Positions 35,562-44,853 are shown, numbered from the stretch's first letter. The stretch is 46,272 nucleotides of DNA from Candidatus Gastranaerophilales bacterium (GCA_028694275.1 JAQUTS010000001.1:1-46272), one strand, 5' to 3'. Notes: generated from the sequence alone by a model not told the origin. A program made the numbers and translations.

Positions 35562-37089
35562 TCTATTTAAAACTGCAGGTTTAGTTGCAGCTTTGACTAT
35601 AATAAGCAAAATATTCGGTTTTTGGCGTGATTTGGCTGTTGCCAATGCATACGGTGCGTCTATGGTGTCGGATGCTTTCTTTTATTCTTATCAAATACCG
35701 TCTTTGGCACTTATCCTTTTAGGCGGGGTTGGCGGACCTTTTCATACTGCTACAATATCGTTTTTTTCCAAATATATCCTTGATTATGAGGTAGAAATAC
35801 CCAAAAGTGCGCTTAGAATTTTTAATTCGTTTGTCACCTTGACGGCAGTTTTATTTGGGTTGTTATCTATTATTTGTTATTTCTTTCCTGAACAAATTAT
35901 CCGTATAATTGCAGGACAAGCAAGTGATCAGCTTGTCGCCATTGCAACTTCTCAGTTGAGAGTAATGTCCCCTATTATATTGATAGGCGGCGTTATCGGT
36001 ATATTTTATGGAATTGCGAATGTTTACAGGGAGTTTATAACTCCGAGTTTGGGCCCTATTTTTGTCAGTATAGGAATGATAGTGGCTTTGTGGCTGTTCC
36101 CTGATGATCCCACGGGGAATGTTTTGTCCTGGGGATTTTTAGTAGGTGCTGTTGGGCAATTACTGTTCCAGCTGCCGTCTTTACTAAAGAATAAAGTTAT
36201 TTATCGCCCTGAATTTGCTTTTTGCAGCGATGATATGAGAAAAATAGGTGAAGTATTGTTCCCGGCAATCTTATCGACCACAATTGGGCAGATAAATGTG
36301 TATATTGATATGTTTTTTACCTCCGGATTAGAAGAAGGTGCATGGTCTGCGATCAGTTATTCTAACAGGTTGTATCAATTTCCGACGGGTGTCTTAATTA
36401 CGGCTTTTTTGGTGCCTTTATTTCCCATGTTTTCAACTTTTATAGGGCAAAAAGACTGGACATCGCTAAAAGTTTATTTTAACAAAGGTGTCAGTACTCT
36501 TTGGTTTTTGGCATTTCCTATATGTATGTTTATGTTTATGTTTGCTAAAGACTCCATATATTTGCTTTTTGAGCGTGGAGCGTTTGATTCTTATGATACT
36601 GTAATGGTTACAAAGGCTCTTTTATTCCTCTCAATCTCCATCATTCCTTACGTAGCTCGTGATACTTTGACAAGGGTATTTTATTCATTTGATGATTCAA
36701 GGACTCCATTTATGGTTGCTGCGTGCTCTATTGGGGTAAAAGTTCTTATGAATTTTTTGTGCGTCGGACGATTCGGAATGGCGGGTATTACTCTTGCGAC
36801 AACAGCTGTGACATTTTTTAATATGTTTATGCTTGGGTCTTTGCTTCTTCGAAAAATTGATATGGAATACAAAAAACTTATATCACCTTTATTGAAAACG
36901 ACTGCTATAACTTTTATAGTTTATTTTATCGGTGTATTTATCAAAAGCTTCTTTGACTTCCATTCAAAACTCTATCTGAGCATTGAATTGGTGAGTGTTT
37001 TGGTTCTTTGTTCTATTTTGTACTTCGCGTTTGCATTATGGTTCAAAATTCCTGTAGCGCAAGAGATACTTGCAAGGGTCAAAAAATAA
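35551..37089 (+). CDS. murJ: Lipid II flippase MurJ (MviN)
   Basis: SKIFGFWRDLAVANAYGAS.VSDAFFYSYQIPS N-terminal signature and about 14 TM segments. Confidence 0.9.
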   Translation: MRINLFKTAGLVAALTIISKIFGFWRDLAVANAYGASMVSDAFFYSYQIPSLALILLGGVGGPFHTATISFFSKYILDYEVEIPKSALRIFNSFVTLTAVLFGLLSIICYFFPEQIIRIIAGQASDQLVAIATSQLRVMSPIILIGGVIGIFYGIANVYREFITPSLGPIFVSIGMIVALWLFPDDPTGNVLSWGFLVGAVGQLLFQLPSLLKNKVIYRPEFAFCSDDMRKIGEVLFPAILSTTIGQINVYIDMFFTSGLEEGAWSAISYSNRLYQFPTGVLITAFLVPLFPMFSTFIGQKDWTSLKVYFNKGVSTLWFLAFPICMFMFMFAKDSIYLLFERGAFDSYDTVMVTKALLFLSISIIPYVARDTLTRVFYSFDDSRTPFMVAACSIGVKVLMNFLCVGRFGMAGITLATTAVTFFNMFMLGSLLLRKIDMEYKKLISPLLKTTAITFIVYFIGVFIKSFFDFHSKLYLSIELVSVLVLCSILYFAFALWFKIPVAQEILARVKK

Positions 37090-37104
37090 TCTTATAGGTA
37101 AATT

Positions 37105-38046
37105 ATGTTAAAAGATCTTTTGGAGACAAAAAAAGCTTTCAAATTAATTTTAGGGGCTGGCAACCAAGATTTGAAGCAAATCACTGATTTGGTAGCTGTT
37201 TATGCCAAAGCAGGGTGTAAGTTTTTTGATTTTGCGCCTGACATTGATGTATTAAAGGCGGTGCAAAGAGGTTTAGACTCTGTTGGGGTAAAAAGAAATG
37301 AAGTCTATTTTTGTGTGAGTGTTGGGACATCATCTGATAAGCATTTTCAGAAGGCGATAATTGCCCCTTTAAGATGCATTAGATGTCAAAAATGTAAAAA
37401 CGTGTGCCCTCAGTCAGCCATCGTGTTAAAAGACAAACATTGCGCTGTAATAGAAGAAAAATGTATAGGCTGTGAAAGATGCTACCTGGTCTGTCCTGAA
37501 TCTGCGATTAGCTTTCAAAAATTTGATGGAAATTTAAGTTCGGTTCTTGAGCCTTTGTTGGAATATGGCATTGATTGCATCGAGTTTCATATTCGAGGTG
37601 ATGAAGGTGATGAAATATTTGATAAATGGAATCAAATTCAGCAATCCCAATGCGCAATGTTGAGTATTTGTATTGGTCATCAATATGTATCTGATGAGCG
37701 AATGATATCTGTTTTGAATAAAATGATGCAAAGCAGACTGCCTAAAACAACGATAATACAAGCTGATGGAATTGCAATGAGTGGTGATTTGGATAGTATG
37801 GAAAGTTCTTTAGAGGCCGTAAAAACGGCTAAGACTATCCAAGAAGCTAATTTGTCTGCATATTTGATGATTTCTGGTGGTGTAAATGACAAGTCATATG
37901 AGCTGGCTAAAGAATACGGATTAGAATTGAATGGTATTGCGATGGGATCTTATGCGAGAAAAATTGTGAAAAAATATATGAGTGATACTAAGTTGCTATC
38001 ATTCAAAATTGAAAGTATTATAGATTTATGCCAAAAGTTTCAATAA
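37105..38046 (+). CDS. LdpA-like iron-sulfur protein (two 4Fe-4S ferredoxin motifs)
   Basis: CIRCQKCKNVCP and CIGCERCYLVCP. The N-terminus, KAFKLILGAGNQDL....YAKAGCKFFDFAPD, resembles the cyanobacterial LdpA N-terminus (WFKLICGAS...AGADC.DVAA). The LdpA call is from memory. Confidence 0.8.
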   Translation: MLKDLLETKKAFKLILGAGNQDLKQITDLVAVYAKAGCKFFDFAPDIDVLKAVQRGLDSVGVKRNEVYFCVSVGTSSDKHFQKAIIAPLRCIRCQKCKNVCPQSAIVLKDKHCAVIEEKCIGCERCYLVCPESAISFQKFDGNLSSVLEPLLEYGIDCIEFHIRGDEGDEIFDKWNQIQQSQCAMLSICIGHQYVSDERMISVLNKMMQSRLPKTTIIQADGIAMSGDLDSMESSLEAVKTAKTIQEANLSAYLMISGGVNDKSYELAKEYGLELNGIAMGSYARKIVKKYMSDTKLLSFKIESIIDLCQKFQ

Positions 38047-39149
38047 TAACAAGGACAAAAGACAGGCCTCTTCTTTTGGAAAGGGCTATTCAGTCTGTCT
38101 TATCCCAAACCTTTGAAGATTGGGAACATATTATAGTCAATGATTGCGGAAATATAGAACGATTAAATATTTTACTGAATAAATATATCCCTTTTTATAA
38201 TGGACGGTTAAAAGTTATTCATAATAATGTTTCTCAAGGCATGGAGTTTGCGTCTAATTTGGGTTTGAAGCAAGCAGAGGGGGGATATTTTGTAATTCAC
38301 GATGACGATGATTCCTGGCAAAGCGATTTTTTGCAAAAAACGGTTATTTTTTTTGAAGCTCACCCTTCCTTTGGAGCTGTTGTAACCAATATAAATTATT
38401 TTTTGGAGGAAATAAAAAATAATAAAATTATTACACATCATTCATATCCTTGCATAAGGACAGATGAAATCACTTTATATAATTTGCTTTTATCTCAAAA
38501 TTATCCTTCGCCTATCGCTTCTTTGTTCAAAATCGAATGCCTAAAAACAGTAGGTTATTTTAATAAAAATCTAAAAAAAGGAGGAGATAAGGAATATCTT
38601 CTTAGGGTCGCAGCAAGGTATAATATATCCATTATTCAAGAGCCTTTGGCCAACTATTATGCCCGCCCGTATGATTGTTCTGTATATGCGAATTCTACAT
38701 TGGCCAATGATGCTTTTGAGGATGCTATTTTTTGGGAACAAGAACTCAAAAATCAGTTTTTCAAAAATAATTTATCTTTATGGTTTTTTTATAATTTTGT
38801 TGAATTTATTAGGCCATTTTTACAAAAAAATAAAATAAAAAATGTTTTGGATGAAGCAAAAGGACAAAAAATTGCTCTTTATGGTGCAGGAATGAAAGCT
38901 ATACAGCTTCTGAAAGATCATAAAAATGAATTTAATAATCTTGATATAATAGCCATTTTTGATCAGAACTTACAAAAACAAGGTGCATTTTTGGATAAAT
39001 ATATGATATCTGCCCCTGAACAAATAGCAGAAATAAAACCTGAAAAAATTATAATTACTGTAGCTAATGTTTCAATGGTAAAAGCTTTTATAGAAAAGTT
39101 AATAGAGCAAAACTCTCTTGCTTGTAAAATTGTATCTTTAGATTTATAG
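38028..39149 (+). CDS. Family 2 glycosyltransferase fused to a C-terminal Rossmann-like LYGAG module
   Basis: VSIITRTKDRPLLLERAIQSVLSQTFEDWEHIIVND and HDDDD (DxD). C-terminus is KIALYGAGMKAIQLL...IIAIFDQN...EKIIITV. Confidence 0.88.
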   Translation: MPKVSIITRTKDRPLLLERAIQSVLSQTFEDWEHIIVNDCGNIERLNILLNKYIPFYNGRLKVIHNNVSQGMEFASNLGLKQAEGGYFVIHDDDDSWQSDFLQKTVIFFEAHPSFGAVVTNINYFLEEIKNNKIITHHSYPCIRTDEITLYNLLLSQNYPSPIASLFKIECLKTVGYFNKNLKKGGDKEYLLRVAARYNISIIQEPLANYYARPYDCSVYANSTLANDAFEDAIFWEQELKNQFFKNNLSLWFFYNFVEFIRPFLQKNKIKNVLDEAKGQKIALYGAGMKAIQLLKDHKNEFNNLDIIAIFDQNLQKQGAFLDKYMISAPEQIAEIKPEKIIITVANVSMVKAFIEKLIEQNSLACKIVSLDL

Positions 39150-39150
39150 T

Positions 39151-40362
39151 TTATAAAAGAATTTCAGATAGAGTTTGTTCCAGGCTTATATTTTCTTTTT
39201 CTAAAATATTTTTGTATTGAAATTCATCAAAAAAATCAGAAACTATAATGCTTACGGTGTTTTTTTCAAGTAACCACCCTAGCAAATTATAATAGATAAG
39301 ATCAGGATTAGCCACGCACAATATTATAACATCCGGCTTTAATTCAGGTATTTCATCTTTGTGAAAAATCTTGTATCCCCCAAGAGTTTTACCAGCTTTG
39401 GTGGTACTTGCATCGATGAATCCGGATATATTTAAAGCTGAAATATCATAATGTGCTATTATTTCTTCTGCAAATATACCTGCTCCGTAAAGGTATATTT
39501 TTTTGCTTTTTAATGATTTAATAAAATCTGTTTTGTTCAGTGATAATATGTTTATTTTTTGGTAAAACATTTTTTCGATAAGCGATTTTATCATTGTTTT
39601 TTGGTATTTTATTTTATTTTGTTTTCGCAACACCCGAAAAAGTTTCTCCAAAAAGACTTTTGATTGAGCTCTCGGATATTTTTTTTGTGTACTGTTACTA
39701 TAGCTTTTCATATGTATACGATATTTTGTTAGTTTTTTGTTTATGTAAAAGCTTTCTCCTTGTGTTGTTATTTGAGGAATAAACCACCAGTCGATATGAG
39801 GATCTATTGGCATCGTGAAATCACATTTTTCAAAATTTTCTTTTTTAAAACATACTGCTGAAAAAGTAATAACTATATTTAATGAAGCTATTCTGTGGGA
39901 TATGTCTGTTGGCCATTTTGTATTTTCACAAAAATTACGACAAGAATTAAGATGATTTGACAGAGTATTAATTCTATTTTTGTCGCCAAATTCCAATATA
40001 TCATTAAATATAAAGTTTACGTTTGGGTACTTTTTAAATACTTTATATTTTTCTTCAAGGTAGTTGCTATCCCAAAGATCATCGCTTTCCAAAAATGCTA
40101 AATATTCACCCTTTGCCTTTGATAATCCCAACTTTAAAGAGGCCACAAGCCCCCTATTCTCAGAATTTTCGTGTTGGTAAAGATGAATGTTTCTATTTTG
40201 GGCTGTATATTCTTTTATTATTTTTATAGAATCATCATTAGAACCATTGTCAATAATAATTAGTTCCCAGTTTTTATACGATTGTTTTAGTATGGAATCG
40301 ATTGATTCTGTTATAAAATTCCCATAATTATAGTTTGGCATTATTATTGAAAATGTTGGCAT
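39151..40362 (-). CDS. Family 2 glycosyltransferase fused to a C-terminal Rossmann-like LYGAG module
   Basis: FSIIMPNYNYGNFITESIDSILKQSYKNWELIIIDNGSND and ESDD. C-terminus is KIYLYGAGIFAEEII...ISGFIDAS...PDVIILCV. Confidence 0.88.
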   Translation of the reverse strand: MPTFSIIMPNYNYGNFITESIDSILKQSYKNWELIIIDNGSNDDSIKIIKEYTAQNRNIHLYQHENSENRGLVASLKLGLSKAKGEYLAFLESDDLWDSNYLEEKYKVFKKYPNVNFIFNDILEFGDKNRINTLSNHLNSCRNFCENTKWPTDISHRIASLNIVITFSAVCFKKENFEKCDFTMPIDPHIDWWFIPQITTQGESFYINKKLTKYRIHMKSYSNSTQKKYPRAQSKVFLEKLFRVLRKQNKIKYQKTMIKSLIEKMFYQKINILSLNKTDFIKSLKSKKIYLYGAGIFAEEIIAHYDISALNISGFIDASTTKAGKTLGGYKIFHKDEIPELKPDVIILCVANPDLIYYNLLGWLLEKNTVSIIVSDFFDEFQYKNILEKENISLEQTLSEILL

Positions 40363-40519
40363 TATATATCCTGAAAGTTTATAAATTTGTAGTAACTTTA
40401 TTTATATTCTTGCACAATATTCTAATAATAACAGGTAAAATACAATTTCTTAACATATTAAAATGTTCTCTTTGCTCATGATACTATACCTAAGGTATAT
40501 AATTTTAAGGGGTCTATCA

Positions 40520-41647
40520 TTGAAATTTTCAGTATTGTTGCCGACTAAAAACAGGCTGGAATTATTAAAGTTTGCTATAGAAAGTGTTTTTGAGCAGGAC
40601 TATGAAAATTGGGAAATTATTGTTGCCGATAATTGTTCCGAAGAAAATATAAACGAATATATAAACTCTCTTTCTGATAAAAGAATTATTTATACTCGAT
40701 CAGATGTGCCTTTGACTGTTACAGAAAATTGGAATGTTGCCAATAATTTAGCAAGAGGAGATTATATTATTATGATGGGAGATGATGATGCCCTATTTCC
40801 AGGGTTTTTCACAAAAGCGCTCAATCATATTGAAGCTTTTTCTCACCCAGACCTTGTTACATTTCCGGCATATGGATATTTATCTCCGGGTGTTTTGAAT
40901 CTTTTTCCTCAAGGTGGTGCTTTTTTAACAAGATCATATCCATCTGCTGGGGCTTTTTTCTTGGAAAAAGATTATAGATCAAACCTAGTTAGATCTAGTT
41001 TAAATTTCCATTTTTTATTCGGTTTTAATATGCAATTTTTTTTATATAGTAAAAGGATTTTAAATAAAATGCTTGAATATGGAGACTTTTATCAAGGCCC
41101 ATATCCTGATTACTATGCAGCTAATATGATGATGTTTCTTGCTGAGACTGTTTTGCAGCTAACTTCTCCAATGGTTGTAATAGGTACTACGCCCAAATCA
41201 TATGGATATTATTATCATAACAATAAAGAAAGCCTTGGTATGGCATTCCATAATGAATCGGATTATATAAAAAAGGCTCCGGCAATAATTGCTAATCTTT
41301 TATGCAGCAAATCTATTATCAACTCAGCAGCTCTTTTATCTTTCAAGTGTGTGGTGGATAAATTGGGAGAAGAAGCCACTTTTAAACTAAATATAGAAGC
41401 TTATAATAAAGCTGTTGTTAGAGATGTTTGCAAAAATAACAGATATTTTAAGTCATTGTTTATATTACTAAAAGATATTTTACCCAAAGTATCCGGCGAA
41501 ATTAAGTTTAAGATTTTTATATATTTTTTAAGAGTTTCTTTAACCATTGATAGGTCTTTACCTTTTATAAAGGACGAAGATATAGATTACACAAATATAT
41601 TATCCTTTATAAAATCTTTGGAGGAAAAGGGGGTAATATGTGCATAA
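40520..41647 (+). CDS. Family 2 glycosyltransferase
   Basis: FSVLLPTKNRLELLKFAIESVFEQDYENWEIIVADNCS and GDDD. I prefer TTG 40520 (AAGGGG SD 7 nt upstream) over the track ATG at 40463. Confidence 0.85.
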   Translation: MKFSVLLPTKNRLELLKFAIESVFEQDYENWEIIVADNCSEENINEYINSLSDKRIIYTRSDVPLTVTENWNVANNLARGDYIIMMGDDDALFPGFFTKALNHIEAFSHPDLVTFPAYGYLSPGVLNLFPQGGAFLTRSYPSAGAFFLEKDYRSNLVRSSLNFHFLFGFNMQFFLYSKRILNKMLEYGDFYQGPYPDYYAANMMMFLAETVLQLTSPMVVIGTTPKSYGYYYHNNKESLGMAFHNESDYIKKAPAIIANLLCSKSIINSAALLSFKCVVDKLGEEATFKLNIEAYNKAVVRDVCKNNRYFKSLFILLKDILPKVSGEIKFKIFIYFLRVSLTIDRSLPFIKDEDIDYTNILSFIKSLEEKGVICA

Positions 41648-42516
41648 TAGAAGTTGTATATTTATCAAGGGGCTCTGACTACGGTCTTAGTGCATTTTTA
41701 GAATTTTTAGATGCTTATAAAAAATATTCCGCTGGTGTAGAGCATAAATTAACCGTAATTGCTAAAGGTTGGGAAAATAAAAAAGAAGAATATGAAAGAC
41801 TTACCTTTCTTTCTAAGGAAAACGGGATAAATATTTTTGATTTGTCTGATGATGGTTTAGATTTAGGAGCTTATATTCGTTTTGCCAAAATTTCCGAGAG
41901 CGATAATTTATTTTTTTTTAGTACCTCCACCGTTATAAATGCTAATAACTGGTTATTATTCTTTTATAATGTGATTAAAAACAAACACAGAAACAAATAT
42001 CTGCTTTTGGGGCCAAATGGGTCTTGGGAATCGCCTGCAGAGAATAATATGTTATTATTAAAAAATATTTTGTTTAAAAAAATAAGCATTCTGAAAAAAT
42101 TGCGTCGTATAATTAAGTTGCTTTTAAATCCTACTAATATAGTCTACTTTAAATCGTCATATTTAAACTTTCCTAATTATCATATTAGGACTAATTGTTT
42201 TTTGGTAGACAGGAAAATTTTTTTGAAATATGCAGAATCAATTAAATTTCCATCTAGTAAGGCAGATACGTATGCAATGGAACATGGTAATAAATCTTTA
42301 ACAAAATGGTTTTTGAATAAAGGCTACAATGTTGGTGTAATAAACTCAGATGGAGAGCTTTTTCCACCTGAAAAATGGGATAAAAGTGGAACGTTTAGGA
42401 CTCCTGATGGCTGCAAAAGTATAACTCAAGATAAGCATAGTAAAATATACTATAATGCCACTCTTCTTCAAAAGAGAACGCTTGAAAAAGCAGCTTGGGG
42501 GAAAGAAATATCTTAA
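41638..42516 (+). CDS. Uncharacterised protein in the glycan locus
   Basis: ATG preceded by AAGGGGG. It overlaps the preceding GT2 gene by 10 nt. I recognise no family. Notable motifs are FPNYHIRTNCFLVDR and SDDGLDLGAY. Confidence 0.75.
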   Translation: MCIIEVVYLSRGSDYGLSAFLEFLDAYKKYSAGVEHKLTVIAKGWENKKEEYERLTFLSKENGINIFDLSDDGLDLGAYIRFAKISESDNLFFFSTSTVINANNWLLFFYNVIKNKHRNKYLLLGPNGSWESPAENNMLLLKNILFKKISILKKLRRIIKLLLNPTNIVYFKSSYLNFPNYHIRTNCFLVDRKIFLKYAESIKFPSSKADTYAMEHGNKSLTKWFLNKGYNVGVINSDGELFPPEKWDKSGTFRTPDGCKSITQDKHSKIYYNATLLQKRTLEKAAWGKEIS

Positions 42517-42531
42517 ATATGGAGGAAATAC

Positions 42532-42915
42532 ATGGATTTTATAAAATATTTTAGAGACAAGAAGGTTCAAAAAACTATAAACAAACTAGCCCGAAAATAC
42601 AAAAATAAAAAAGTTGTTTTGTATGGCGCAGGGGAGTTTGCAGCGGTCTTGTTCCAAAATTATGATTTATCTGAATTGAATATTGTTGCTGTTGCAGACT
42701 TAAATTATATTGTAAAAAAAGATTTTTTTGGAATTCCGGTTGTAAATCCATATGAGTTGAAAGATATATCTTTTGATTTGCTTTTAATAACATCGTATAA
42801 AACTTATGATGTTATAGATTTTTTAGACGATGAATTATTTTCTGGATATAAGCCTGAATTTAAAATAAAACCTTTGATAAAAATGTCCTTGTGGGAATAT
42901 TTTAAGAGAGATTAA
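42532..42915 (+). CDS. Free-standing Rossmann-like LYGAG module (127 aa)
   Basis: GGAGGA SD 5 nt upstream. KVVLYGAGEFAAVLF...IVAVADLN...FGIPV...DLLLITS is colinear with the C-termini of the two GT2 proteins. Confidence 0.8.
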   Translation: MDFIKYFRDKKVQKTINKLARKYKNKKVVLYGAGEFAAVLFQNYDLSELNIVAVADLNYIVKKDFFGIPVVNPYELKDISFDLLLITSYKTYDVIDFLDDELFSGYKPEFKIKPLIKMSLWEYFKRD

Positions 42916-42984
42916 ATTCTTGAACATTTTAATATTCTCATTTAAGATAGATAATATATTAAAATTTTTATAAAAGGATATTTT

Positions 42985-43782
42985 ATGAAGGTAGTTATTT
43001 TAGCTGGGGGTCTAGGAACAAGGCTTTCTGAAGAAACAGAGTTAAAACCAAAACCAATGTTGGAAATCGGTACTAGGCCTATCTTGTGGCATATAATGAA
43101 AATATATTCACATTATGGCTTTGATGATTTTATCATACTCACTGGTTATAAATCACATATAATTAAAGATTATTTTATTAGTTATTATACAAGATATTCA
43201 GATATAACAGTGGATATGAGTTCTAACTCTGTAGAAATTCATAAGATTAGACAAGAGCCTTGGAAAGTCACAATGCTTTACACCGGTAAAGATACAATGA
43301 CTGGCAGCAGAATTAGCAAAGCAAAAGAATTTATTGGTAATGAACGTTTTATGCTTACTTATGGAGATGGCGTTTCTGATATAAATATTAATAAACTTTT
43401 GCAATCACATGATAAGTCAGGTAAACATCTTACTATTACTGCTGTTCAACCTGTTGGAAGATTTGGAGCCTTGGATATCTCAGAGAATAATTCTGTTTTA
43501 TCATTCAAAGAAAAAGTAAAAGGTGATGGTGCTTGGATAAATGGAGGTTATTTTGTTTGCGAGCCGGAGATATTTGATTATATTGGCGATGGGGATGATA
43601 TTATTTTTGAACAAACGCCATTAGAGTCATTGGCATCTGATCATCAAATTAATGCTTTTAAACACAATGGTTTTTGGAAGCCTATGGATACTGCTCGTGA
43701 TAAATCTGAGTTGACTAACCTTTGGTTGTCAGACAAAGCTCCTTGGGCTGTTTGGAAAAATAAATCAGTTGGTGTTAGCTAA
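42985..43782 (+). CDS. rfbF: Glucose-1-phosphate cytidylyltransferase
   Basis: MKVVILAGGLGTRLSEET..KPKPMLEIG.RPILWHIMK.YS.YG is typical of RfbF/DdhA. Confidence 0.92.
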   Translation: MKVVILAGGLGTRLSEETELKPKPMLEIGTRPILWHIMKIYSHYGFDDFIILTGYKSHIIKDYFISYYTRYSDITVDMSSNSVEIHKIRQEPWKVTMLYTGKDTMTGSRISKAKEFIGNERFMLTYGDGVSDININKLLQSHDKSGKHLTITAVQPVGRFGALDISENNSVLSFKEKVKGDGAWINGGYFVCEPEIFDYIGDGDDIIFEQTPLESLASDHQINAFKHNGFWKPMDTARDKSELTNLWLSDKAPWAVWKNKSVGVS

Positions 43783-44852
43783 TGCAAGAATTTTTTAATG
43801 GTAAAAGAATTTTAGTTACCGGGCATACTGGCTTTAAAGGTAGTTGGCTGGCTTTATGGCTAAATTCGTTAGGGGCTGATATATTAGGGTATTCTTTGCT
43901 GCCCAATACTGATCCATCTATGTTTAATGAGTTAAAAATATTCAATAAGTGTAAAAATGTTTATGCCAATATTTGCGACAAGAAATCTTTAGATGAAGCA
44001 TTCATAAACTTTTGCCCCGAGATTGTATTTCATTTGGCTGCTCAACCTTTAGTAAGATTATCTTATGAAAAACCATTGGAGACTTATGAGACTAATCTTA
44101 TCGGTACTTTAAATGTTTTAGAGGCTGCAAGAACCTGTGGTTCTGTTAAAGCTTTTGTAAATATTACAACTGATAAGTGTTACCAAAATAATAAAGAAAA
44201 TAGGCCTTATATTGAGTGTGATCCTATGGGAGGGTATGACATGTATTCATCCTCAAAAGGATGTGTGGAAATTATGTCTTCTTCTTATCGTGATTCTTTT
44301 TTACAAAATTCTTATGCGATGGCTACAGCTCGCTCCGGTAATGTCATAGGAGGTGGGGATTGGGCATACGATCGTTTGTTCCCTGACTGTATCAGAGCTA
44401 TTAATCAAAATATCTCTATAGAACTTAGATACCCTAATGCGATTCGTCCTTGGCAGCATGTTTTAGAGCCTTTGATGGGATATATGCTATTATCAAAAAA
44501 ACTTTTTGAGGGAGGCAGAGCGTTTGCTCAAGCATATAATTTTGGACCCGATTATAATATCACTCTATCAGTTATAGAAGTTGTTGAGCAAATTATAAGA
44601 AATTATGGTTATGGGAATATTATTATTGATCGAAAGGAACATTTACATGAAGCGGATTTTTTAACTTTAGATAATCAAAAGGCTAATAAAATATTAGGTT
44701 GGCGGCCAGTTTGTACTCCCCAAGAAGCGATTAAAAAAACTGTAGATTGGTATAAATTATTTTATTCAGATGGAGATATTTTAAGTTACTCTCTAAAGCA
44801 AATTCAAGAATATGAGATTAAGGCAAAAAACTTTATGAAAGTTGGGGCATAA
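43782..44852 (+). CDS. rfbG: CDP-glucose 4,6-dehydratase
   Basis: ILVTGHTGFKGSWLALWL N-terminus, the YSSSK catalytic context, and TAATG coupling to rfbF. Confidence 0.92.
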   Translation: MQEFFNGKRILVTGHTGFKGSWLALWLNSLGADILGYSLLPNTDPSMFNELKIFNKCKNVYANICDKKSLDEAFINFCPEIVFHLAAQPLVRLSYEKPLETYETNLIGTLNVLEAARTCGSVKAFVNITTDKCYQNNKENRPYIECDPMGGYDMYSSSKGCVEIMSSSYRDSFLQNSYAMATARSGNVIGGGDWAYDRLFPDCIRAINQNISIELRYPNAIRPWQHVLEPLMGYMLLSKKLFEGGRAFAQAYNFGPDYNITLSVIEVVEQIIRNYGYGNIIIDRKEHLHEADFLTLDNQKANKILGWRPVCTPQEAIKKTVDWYKLFYSDGDILSYSLKQIQEYEIKAKNFMKVGA

Positions 44853-44853
44853 T

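Noticed and set aside
35551-37089. The MOP-family membrane protein as a Wzx-type flippase belonging to the glycan locus.
   Set aside because: Its N-terminal signature (FGFWRD...YGAS..SDAFFYSYQIPS) is the MurJ/MviN one. Its position after a SpoIID/LytB-domain gene fits peptidoglycan biogenesis. No Wzx, Wzy or ABC exporter for the glycan is visible in the window.
41911-41919. Homopolymer tracts in glycan genes (T9 at 41911-41919, T8 at 41036-41043 and 38347-38354) as slipped-strand phase-variation switches.
   Set aside because: Comparable A/T runs occur in unrelated genes, for example A9 at 33481-33489. A/T tracts of this length are expected at this base composition and are much less mutable than G/C tracts.
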